A stretch of 63,989 bases of DNA, filler included, from Cercozoa sp. M6MM (lineage: Eukaryota; Protista; Endomyxa: Ascetosporea), in NCBI GenBank assembly GCA_040357565.1. It is 8 parts of 8 records of this genome, joined end to end, with 100 filler letters (N's around TTAATTAATTAA, not from the genome) between each part and the next. Parts side by side here need not be neighbours in the genome. Positions count along the whole stretch, not along the records: positions 50,266 to 56,193 come from JBDODJ010000826.1; positions 56,294 to 59,282 come from JBDODJ010001657.1; positions 59,383 to 60,643 come from JBDODJ010002094.1; positions 60,744 to 62,889 come from JBDODJ010001832.1; positions 62,990 to 63,989 come from JBDODJ010002235.1; 3 more parts are not named here. One strand, given 5' to 3'. The position numbers and the translations under genes were made by a program. The notes beneath the pieces were generated by a model. The model saw only the letters and a list, made by a program, of their open reading frames with translations, did no database searches and was not told where the DNA came from. Below are positions 54,209 to 63,989 of this stretch, piece by piece; the stretch's first letter is position 1, and every line of letters begins with the position of its first letter.

Positions 54209-56193
54209 TCACGACAGCGGCGCCTGCACGTCATCTTCGTCGAAATCGCTCTCGTCGAGCGGCATGTCAAAACTGGGTCGATTGGCGGGCGGTGAAGTCT
54301 GTGTGGTGGTATCAAATGGCGAGAGCTCCAGCATGGCTCCAGCAACGCCGTCGCCATCGCGGTGCGCTGGATCCTCGTGGTCCTTGCGCTTGGCCAGGTA
54401 TTCACGGAAGGTGACACCGTTGCGTACGCGCGAGTCCACCTGACTGCTCAGAGTGCGTCGCAACGCTACAAAAACAATTAACACAAAACGTTGTTATAAA
54501 AATTGTATACAGCGCAGGGAAAATACCAATACGACGCGAAGCGCCGGCGCGCAGCATCGCACGGAAGTTTCGTTCACAGAGCTCTTGAGGCGACCTGTTG
54601 AATTTCGCAGTTTATCAAATACTGAAAGTGAGGGAGCAATGGTACATCTCATCAGCAGCCATTTCGTACAAGAAGCCGAGAGCATCCTCTTCCTTGTCAG
54701 CGGAGTCTCCAACACGTTTGACACCGTCGTCACCCATCACAATGCGCTTGAGCTGAAAAAAGCATCCAACCCACAACAGCAACTCAGCCGCAAACACCGT
54801 ACCCAAGCAAGTCGTCTACGACTTTGCTTCTCCAAGGAAAGCCATTGCGCCGGAGCAAAGCGCACCTAAAGTCAAAATAGACACTCGACAATGTACAGAA
54901 ATTTGTTGCGAATTCAAATACCATGAGCAGACGTGCACCAGTGAATAATACCAAGCTACGGACACCGAACATCAAAGCAGCACACTTCAGCACACGTCAA
55001 CTGATCTGTAAAACGAAACTACAGAAGCGAAGGCGTTAGCACGAGTGTCGCAAATGCAGCTAGACACAGGAATGCACATTCGCACCAACACCAGCTTTTG
55101 GACACCACAAATACCTTCTTGACCGGAGGACATGGGCAGCTCAGTGTCGGCGAGCGCCTGCACGAATAAACATAAACACAACAAGACAGTGAGAAAAGGA
55201 CCAGGACAAAAGCTACAATCGTAAGCAGCGTCAACAGAGCGAGTGAGATGGCTTCGCACACGTTGTCGAATTGTTTCCAGAAGGGCTACGACAAGGAAAG
55301 CGCTGACTCAGGTGCAATCATACTCACTCGAACACGAGAGGATACCTGCACGAGAACATGTGCCAGCAGCGCCGTCACATTAGCAACCGAAAGGGCCTAC
55401 ACAGACAGGCGGCGATACCCATATCATAGGCAGGCGGCGATCCCTCCAGACCCGTCAAACAGAAACAACTCAGACGTACCGAATATAACGCCGATCGATC
55501 GCGAACCAGCATGGAACTGTACAGATATGCACGACCCAAAAAACAGTGAGAGAACAGTTTACCTAATGAAAATAAGAACGAGGCGTCGCAGGAACACGAC
55601 ACACTCCTGTTTCCACAACGCAGTGAAACTGAACTGGACTCCAAACAGAAAAAAGCAAGTACCCAAATGTGAGCCACGCCGCATCGGTAGTGCTCGTACT
55701 AACACAAGAAACAGTCGCAGCAACCACAAGACTTAATTGCATCATTTGGTTGGTCTACCAGCACGCCATAACGCTCGAGGAATTTAAGTGTGAACACGGT
55801 TCGTCGCTTGCGCGCACGCCAAAACCTGTAGTCATAAATACCGTGACACGAGATATCGCAGACAGTGGTACAGCAGCGCCGTGAGTACGGGAACGCCGAA
55901 TGAAACGATCGCCATGAAGATCAACACAACCGGAAGAGTCTGAGGATAAAAATAAAACACGCTGGCAACGCAGGCAGATACAAGCGTACCTGGTTCCACT
56001 CACTCGAGCCGCACTCAAGCCCAGTGTACCTGCAGTACGTACAAACATGAGCAAACGCACGTGTTTTAAACACACAGAGTTACGTGGCCACGACACGAAC
56101 GCGGTCGCCAGTATCCCTGGATAACGCAAAACTCGGCAACACACATACACACACAGACACAGACACAGACACAGACACAGACACAGACACAGA
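54209..56193 (-). CDS. multi-exon hypothetical protein with acidic C-terminus, 5' truncated
   Basis: Minus-strand exons (DKEEDALGFLYEMAADEM; GVTFREYLAKRK...DESDFDEDDVQAPLS*) separated by GT-AG introns. Confidence 0.45.
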
Positions 56194-56293
56194 NNNNNNN
56201 NNNNNNNNNNNNNNNNNNNNNNNNNNNNNNNNNNNNNTTAATTAATTAANNNNNNNNNNNNNNNNNNNNNNNNNNNNNNNNNNNNNNNNNNNN

Positions 56294-58388
56294 GGGGGGG
56301 GGGTAAGCTACACTCATTGATCTTGACAACGATCCAGTCGAAGAGTTTGCCGTACACGAACTTGGCCAAGGCATCGCGATTAACACGTGCCTCCTCACCC
56401 GAGAAACCCACGTCAATATCCTCCTGTCACAGGGGGGTTAGGGGGCTAGCTAGGGGCTAAGGGAGGGGTGTAAGACTACCTGTCCACGCATACGCAGTGT
56501 GCGTCGCACGAGGCCCTTCTGCAGCACCTTGTTTTCCAACTTGAGCAGTGTCGCCACCTGCTTGAAGGCCGTCGGATTCTTCACCACCACCTTCTTCTGG
56601 CCCACCGTGTTGAACTGCCCACGGGGAGGGGGTTAAGGGGGGCGGGCTGGTGTTTAAGGGGGGTGGGGCTAGTGGTTAAGGGGGGCTAGTGGTTAAGGGG
56701 GTGGCTGGGGGTAAAACGTACATCGACATCGCCCAGGTGCACGAGACCGGCCACAAGCGCGAGGATTTCGTCCTGCTCCTGCTGCGCGAATCCGAGCGTC
56801 GTGAAGCCTTCCAGCACCTCGGCAAACTACACATAGGGGGGGGGGGGGGTAACCAGGCAGGAGGGCGGGGGGGGTAACACACCTCCTTGGCATCGTCCAT
56901 GTGCGGCACCACCGTGTCGCCGCCCTGCTTCATGAAGTAGTGGTGCTCCGGCTTGCCGAGTCCGAAGGCACGCTTGCGAGCCGAGTCCAGGCCGCGGCAC
57001 AGCTGGTAGAAAATGTGGAAGTTGCGCTCGCCTGGCGCCTGGTGCACCACGCGCACCTACAGGGGGAGGGGAGGGTAGAGAGAGGGGGAGGGTAGAGAGA
57101 GAGAGGGGGAGGGGGTAGAGAGAGGGGGTAGAGAGGGGGGTAGAGAGGGGGGGGGGCAGATACCTTCTCGAGCAGGTAGTTGGTAGTGCGCCCACCGCAC
57201 AGGTGGTACTCGTGCGTGAAGAACATCTCGACGTACTTGCCGAAGCGCGACGAGTTGTTGTTGCGAATCGTCTTGGCATTGCCGAACGCCTCCAGGATCG
57301 GGTTCGACTGCAGCACCTTCTGCGACACGTTGCCGATCGCGCCGGCCACATGGTTGATGTACGCCAGGCACTGCAGGTGGGGGTATGGGTATACTGGGGC
57401 TTAACAGAGGGGAGGGGCAAAGTACCTGCTTGGTGGCCTCGGTCTTACCGGCGCCGGACTCGCCCGAAATCACGATACTCTGCGAGCGACCGTTCTTGAA
57501 GGTCATGCCCTTGTAGGCATTGTCGGCCTGGCAAAGAGGTGGAGTAAAGGGAGTGTGATGGGGTGGGGTGGAGTAGGGCTAGGGGGGGCGGGTGAGTACG
57601 ATGATGTAGACGTGCGGCGGCATCTCCTTGTAGTCGCGCAGTTTGGCCTGGTAGCGCGACATGACGTCGGCGCCGTAGAGACCGTCGAGCCACTCGAACG
57701 GGTTGATGGCGATGCAGATCGTGCCGACGTTGGTGTAGATGTGCTTCTGCTGGAAGCGCGTGCGCAGGTTCCACAGGATCAGCGGCGCCGTCATCTCGTC
57801 CAGTCGCACCATGTCGGACACGGCCTTGCCTTCCTGGATGGAGGACCACTTCATCTGGTCCAACTGCGGGTGCTCCTTCTTCTTGGCCTACAGGTGTTAG
57901 AGGGGTGTTACAGAGGGGTGTTACAGAGGGGTGTTAGAGGAGGGGTGTTAGAGGAGGGTAGGTAGGCGGGTAGTGGGGGCTCAGACAGGAACAACAGAGT
58001 GCCTACCTGCAGGGCCTCGCCCTCCTCGTCCTGGCCATACCAGTATCGAGCGTCCTCACCGGTCAGCTTGGCGGCCACGAAGCAGTGCGTCGGGTGCGGG
58101 AACCAGACCCAATCTATACGAGGTTACAGGGGGGTAACGGGGGATGGGGGGGGTGAGATAAAGGGAGGGGTCAAACCGCCGCTCTGCTCGGCATCAGCGT
58201 CAGTGAGAAGCTCGTCCGGCTTGTCCCAGCTGGTCTCGCCGGTCTCGGAGTTGTAGTAGTAACTTAGGCCCTCATCCGTCTTGTACTCTATCACACACGC
58301 ACATTACACACACACGAGACACGAGATGAGTGCAAGTTGTACCCTGCCACACTGTCGTGGACTCTTGCTTGACGTACCAATTCGACAT
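56294..58388 (-). CDS. myosin heavy chain with N-terminal WW domain, 3' truncated
   Basis: WW domain [26 protein letters not shown]; SH3-like WVWFPHPTHCFV; motor motifs IYTNVG, MPPHVY, ISGESGAGKTE, LEAFGNAKTIRNNNSSRFGKY, YLLEK, ERNFHIFYQL, RDALAKFVYGKLFDWIV. Confidence 0.95.
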
Positions 58389-58981
58389 GACTCTTGCGAC
58401 TGACTGATCATGACATATTCCAGTTGTCGATCAAGAAGGAAGGAGAAACGCGATACCTGTTTGGAGGACTAACTGCTACAATATAGATTAAGGACACGCA
58501 CTTGAACAATGCGGTCGTGGCGTGGTAGCGTCGTGGTTTCGGAGGCAGCTCGGCACAGCAGCTCGACGGAAAGTGAGGACAAAAACCAGCACGCACAACC
58601 CAAAACACCCCCGGCCAAAAGGTGAGTTTTTGAGTGCTGTTTCACGTGCCTTGACTGCGGCCTGTATACTCTAACACTCTGTGCAGCCCTTGGTGCCACT
58701 TCGTAACAGTTAGCGTGGAGTGTGTGAGCGTTTTTCTCGATGTCCACACGCTCGCCCATGCCGGTGTCCTGCCGGCTCAGTGTCGCCAGTCAAAAAAATG
58801 GACAAGCCTCCTGGCTCGATCAAACGAGCCGGCTCTCTTCTGAAGTTTGCTCGAAAAGCCAGTTTGACAGCTAAATTCTACTGCTGTGCGGTTGACCTTC
58901 TAAAGCCAGTGATGTGTGACTAATAAAAAGCAAAAGAATCGTCCTGGCCATTGTTTCGTTTTTGCCCACGGGCACAGGGAC

Positions 58982-59195
58982 TCAGCGGCTGCGCCGACGA
59001 TCGCGCGAACGGCTGCGGCTGCGGCGGCGGTCGCGATCGCGACGGCGGTCACGCGAGCGCGAGCGCGAACGACGACGGCTGCGCCGGTCGCGGCTGCGTG
59101 AGCGGCGATCTCTCCGTTGAGAGCCACGTCGGGCAGACTCGGCGATGGTCTTCTGGGCGACGGCAGCGCCGAGTGTGGTTGTGACTTGTCCGCTG
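58982..59195 (-). CDS. C-terminal RS/RD-rich exon of an SR-related protein, 5' truncated
   Basis: Minus strand RRDRRSRSRDRRSRRRSRSRSRDRRRDRDRRRSRSRSRDRRRSR-TGA. Confidence 0.7.
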
Positions 59196-59214
59196 AGGCA
59201 TCAGACAGAGACAC

Positions 59215-59217
<3 letters not shown>

Positions 59218-59282
<65 letters not shown>
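59218..59282. repeat. (AG)n microsatellite at contig end
   Basis: AG run. Confidence 0.9.
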
Positions 59283-59382
59283 NNNNNNNNNNNNNNNNNN
59301 NNNNNNNNNNNNNNNNNNNNNNNNNNTTAATTAATTAANNNNNNNNNNNNNNNNNNNNNNNNNNNNNNNNNNNNNNNNNNNN

Positions 59383-59824
59383 AGGGGTAAGGGGGTAAGG
59401 GGTAAGGGGTAAGGGGTAAGGGGTCGGGGGTAAGGGTAAGGGGGTAGGAGGTAGGGGCAGGGGTAGGGGGGTAAAGACACGCACCTCGACCGCCTCAGCA
59501 ATGAGGCGTGATCGGCCGGGCTTGTGGAACTCTGCGCACGTGGCCAGTCAGATGATCCCCCAGTCCAGTGGGTCCAGTCAGATGATCCCCAGAGAGCTAC
59601 CGTCATAGAAGGTGTCAAAGTCGACGAAACCGTCCGACTCGAAAATCGACGGCAGCGCCGCGCAGAAGTGACGCTCCAGACACTCGAACACGACGTCGTC
59701 CGCGCGGAAGAAGTCGCCCTCCGTCGGCGCCGTCCGCGCGGACGGCAGCAGCACGCGCGACCGGTCGAACAGACCAAAGTGCAGCTGGCACAGCCACGTC
59801 TGCCAGTAGCGCTCCCTGTGCCCG

Positions 59825-59857
<33 letters not shown>

Positions 59858-60400
59858 GGGTATATATGGGTATATATATATATATATATATATATGGGCA
59901 TATAAGTATACATGACATAGCTATACAGGTATATCTGGATATAAAGATCTTCGATATAAATGTGTAGATCTTTATGTATATATATGTATATATATAATAG
60001 ACATATCTACATACATACATGTCTGTGTATAGATAGTTAGTTGTATACATGATAGACATAGATATAGGGATACACACTATGTACATACAGATACAGGCAC
60101 ACACAGACAAAAAGTACAGGTGTCCAGCACGCCGTTCGATCTGCATGGAGCGAACAAAGTGCGCCACTTGCACCTCCTCCACCGCCGCCACCGACACACC
60201 TGGGGGTAGGGGTGAGGTAGGGGTAAGGGGGTAGGGGTAAAGGGGGTAGGGGTGGGGGGGGGGGGGTAAAACTACCAGCCTCGAGCGCGTGGCGCCAGCG
60301 ACGTCGCAGGACGCCGGCGACCTCCTCGCAGTCGACGCGCAGGTGCCGCAGCACAAAGCTGCCCGAGTGACGCTGCTTGAGGTCTGCGCACGTGCCCAGT
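59383..60400 (-). CDS. internal exons of a hypothetical protein
   Basis: GC-rich exons ([17 protein letters not shown]...[17 protein letters not shown]) separated by simple-repeat introns. Confidence 0.5.
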
Positions 60401-61026
60401 CAGCCCACCCAGTCACCCAGTCACCAGTCACCCAGTCACCCAGTCACCCAGTCAGTCAGTCAGTCAGTCAGTCAGGTGAGCACGTGCCAAAACGATACCA
60501 AACAGGCGCGTCAACAGGTCGCCCAACGTCGGCGCCGAACACAAAAACGCGCGCGTTCGCGAAGCGTCAGCGCGCAACAGAAAAGTGCGGAACAGCGCTG
60601 TCTGCAGTTATACCCCCCAATTTACCCCCCTCTTTACCCCCCCNNNNNNNNNNNNNNNNNNNNNNNNNNNNNNNNNNNNNNNNNNNNTTAATTAATTAAN
60701 NNNNNNNNNNNNNNNNNNNNNNNNNNNNNNNNNNNNNNNNNNNATGACATATATTTAGAATATATGACATAAAATGTGTATATTTAGAATATATGTCATA
60801 TATGTAGAACATATGACATAATATATCTTTATAATGTATATATATATATATATATATATAATATCTTTATATACAACATCTTTAGAATATATTTATAAAG
60901 TATAAATAGCTTTATAATGTATATTTTTATAGAATATAATATCATATGTATAATAATAAAAATAATTATAATATGCATATACTATATATATATACGCATA
61001 TATATATATACGTAAAGGCAAAGCTA

Positions 61027-62284
61027 CATGACACAGGGCTCGTGCGACACGACAACGTCCATGTCGGTGCAGATGTATCCGCCTCGGCCTCGGCGTCGCC
61101 GCTTATGACCGGCGTGCTCGGCTTGTTGTTTTTCTTGTTGTTTTCCTTGTTGTTGTTTTTCTTGTTGTTTTTCTTCTTGTTGTTGTTCGAGTCGCCGAAC
61201 GGCAGCGACGCGTTCGATGGCGTCCAGCACGGCGTGAAAGGCGCAGTTGCCGCGCTCGCTCCGACTGTCCGTTGCGACAAAGCTTTCGACGCTTTCGCTT
61301 TCGCTTTCAACGCTTTCGCTTTCGCTTTCGCGAGTTTCGCTTTCGCTTTCGCGAGTTTCGCTTTCGCTTTCGTCAGTTTCATTTCTGCTTTCGGCGGTTT
61401 CGCTTTTGCTTTCGGCGGTTTCGCTTCTGCTTTTCGCGATTTCGCTTTCGCTTTGAGAGATTTCGCCAGTTTCGCTTCGGTTTTCGGCGCTTTCGTCGAA
61501 GGCGCCGCGAATTTCGACGGCGATCGGCAGTTCAGCGCGGTTTTTCGCATTCTCGCGCGCAGCTTTGGCGCATCGCGCAAAGCTTCGCAGCAAGCTTCGC
61601 TTCTCGCGCTCGGAAAACTTCGTCTCTGGCACGGGCGGCGGCGGAATCGCCGAGATTGGCCTTTGGGGGGTCAGGGGGTAAGTAGGTAAGTAGGGGGGAA
61701 GTAGGGGGTAAGTAGGGGGACTGTAGGGGGAAAGTAGGGGGGTAGTAGGGGCCAAAGCGTACCACACGGCCTTCCAGGCATCGCGTTCGGTTGTATTCAT
61801 CGGCGCGAGGTGCGGAACATTGATTTCGCAGACGTGCGACAGCGAAAGCTTCGAAAGCACGTCGATTTCGCTTCTTTCGCTTCTGTCGCTTTCGGCGTCG
61901 CTTTCGGCATCGCTTGGCGTCGGCAGAGCGAGGCGCGCAGCGGCGAGAAACGCGGCGAAATCGCGAGAAACGCAGAGCAAAACCAACAAAAGCGGAAATT
62001 TCGCGTGACGCAGCGATTCTGGCAGCTGTGCGTGGTCGAAGTGCTTCACTTTGCGAATGCGCTTGAGGTGCGACAACTCCTGGCACGCACAGTGCTCGTT
62101 CAGGAACTGCAACGTTCGCGACGCTGCGCGCGGTTCCAGCACGGCCACCTGAGGCGATATAACGACTCAGAGACCATCACAGCAAGACAAAGCTCGGACG
62201 CACCTTGGCAGAAACCACACGCAGCGGCCTCACGGCTTTCCGATCGAACGCCAGCAGCTCGCGCACGCGGAACGAGTCGCTCAT
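61027..62284 (-). CDS. ADAT3: tRNA adenosine-34 deaminase non-catalytic subunit (Tad3), 3' truncated
   Basis: LSHLKRIRK, VPHLAP, FHAVLDAIERVA (HAV pseudo-active site), GYICTDMDVVVSHEPCVM. Confidence 0.85.
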
Positions 62285-62469
62285 CCACTTGCACGGACTC
62301 TATTCTGCCTAGGGACCCTACAGTAGACGTGTTGTCTCGCCGGGTGCTAGTTTGTGTTTGTGGGATTTTAGTGAAATGTGGATTGGCAAATTACGGGAAA
62401 TTACGCAGCGTTTCGTGGGTATGGCGCGATTTAAAGCAGATCTGAAGACACGAGCGAGTTCACGTCAGG

Positions 62470-62660
62470 TTACTGAGGCGGCAGGAGGTCTCGCAGGAGC
62501 TTGGCGATGACGCCGAGTGTGCGCGCGTCCCAGGCGGCGTGCCAGGCACGTGCGGCGCCGTAGGCATTCACAGCAGCGATGCGACGGTGCAGCAGCACGA
62601 TGCGGTTGCTCTGCGGCACGTACCGCGCCGGTCGCGCCGTGTCGCACGGCTCCACTTGCC
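62470..62660 (-). CDS. last exon of an unidentified gene
   Basis: GC-rich exon ending LLRDLLPPQ-TAA, downstream of an AT-rich intron. Confidence 0.4.
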
Positions 62661-62989
62661 TGCCGCAACGATGCATCAAAATAAACAACTCGAAACAACA
62701 ATGAAAAAAAACAACAATGAAAAAAAACAACAAACTAAAATAACCAAAATAACCAAATAAATAAATTAAAATAAATTGGAATAAATTAAATTAAAACGAA
62801 ATAAATTAAAATCAATTAAAATAATTAAGATAAATTATATTAAAATAAATAAAAATAAAATATTAAACTAAAATAAAATAAATTAAAAANNNNNNNNNNN
62901 NNNNNNNNNNNNNNNNNNNNNNNNNNNNNNNNNTTAATTAATTAANNNNNNNNNNNNNNNNNNNNNNNNNNNNNNNNNNNNNNNNNNNN

Positions 62990-63308
62990 CCCCCCCCCCG
63001 TGTGGATGTGCAGTGGCCATTGTGATCTGTTGCTTCCCGGTGCCTCGTACGGCACTGGTGGATGCGCGGCACCACATTCGCGCTGCCACGCGCAACATTT
63101 TGTACGCGCTCAACTCTGTCACGCTGGCGTAGGCTGCTGCTTTACCCCCCCCCCCCCCCGGCGGGGGCTCTACCCCCCCCCCCCCCAACCCTGCCGAACA
63201 GGTTCTGTGCCGTCGATGTGACAACGTCGCGAATCCACACGCTGCGTGCCGACACGTGTCTGGCGCAGGCACACGAACAACTCATGGCTGCACTGGGGTA
63301 CGTGTGCG

Positions 63309-63348
<40 letters not shown>

Positions 63349-63989
63349 TGTGTGTGTTGAAATATATACCTATGTGTTTGGATATAGACATGTTTATTCA
63401 TGTACACATATATATATATATATGTATAACATCTAAATATTTGCAGCATGCTCAAGATGGCGCACATGGCACGCCGTTTCTACATCTCGGTCAATGGTAC
63501 AGATGGACAGTGCATGTGTACCACTGTCTGTGCTAAAGACAGAGTACTGTCCCTGTCTTTAAAGAGATCAAGCGCTGCGAGAATCTCATTGTGCTGCTGC
63601 GGCAGCTGCGACTGCATCTGGAGGTGTCGGCACCCCTTTTTGTATTGTATTGCCTTACCCCTCCGTTTTCCCCCCCCCCCCCCCTGGGCCCGCGGAGGGG
63701 GGCGGGGGCGCGCAGCGACGCTGTCTTCTCGGTCAGCGCGGCCTATGCCGAACAGGTATGCTAACATAATACATGTATATATATGTCTGTATATGTATAT
63801 GTGTGTATCTCTCAAAAAAGTATACGTGTGTGTGCATGACAGGGCACAATGACAGGCGTGCACGAGAGGCATGTAGCGTTTCTGGTGCGACTGCGCTCGC
63901 CGCTGCGCGACGTCGTGAACGCGCTGGCGCCGGTGCTGGAGGCGCGCACTCACAAGGGTACTCTCACGCACACACACACACACACACAC
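62990..63989 (+). CDS. fragmentary exons of an unidentified gene
   Basis: GC-rich blocks alternate with poly-C, (GT)n and (TA)n introns. Confidence 0.3.

Noticed and set aside
59383-59475. (TAAGGGG)n at a contig end as a telomere
   Set aside because: It is degenerate, follows a splice donor and matches the other C-rich introns.
60946-61689. Overlapping long ORFs (AKAKAK, FAFAFA, FRFRFR)
   Set aside because: These are alternative-frame and antisense readings of the low-complexity tract in ADAT3.

Overview
Intron-dense, gene-dense genome of a microbial eukaryote. It uses the standard code, with TAA, TAG and TGA all seen as stops, and short GT-AG introns of about 40-110 nt. The window is not one contiguous locus: seven gaps carry an artificial N44-TTAATTAATTAA-N44 linker, so it is eight contigs joined end to end, plus one plain 100-N gap inside glutathione reductase. 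Recognisable spliced genes are glutathione reductase, a PDP-like PP2C, an AGC/PKA-like kinase, an EcKL/choline-kinase-like protein, RPAP1, diacylglycerol kinase (partial), molybdenum cofactor sulfurase (partial), a second PP2C, Nop14, PNPase (partial), a WW-domain myosin (partial), an RS-domain tail and ADAT3/Tad3 (partial). The most notable gene is at 23813-20016 (-). Hand-splicing gives one protein with an MGVCCS acylation motif, a complete RGS domain and an AIFM2/FSP1-like flavin oxidoreductase. The window also holds a LINE family with an (AACT)n tail whose 3' end occurs four times, always downstream of genes; one copy is 50 bp with a target-site duplication. A nested element cluster includes a dead tyrosine recombinase between direct repeats. 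Splice donors are unusually dominated by GTAC. All gene models were spliced by hand and no database searches were run.
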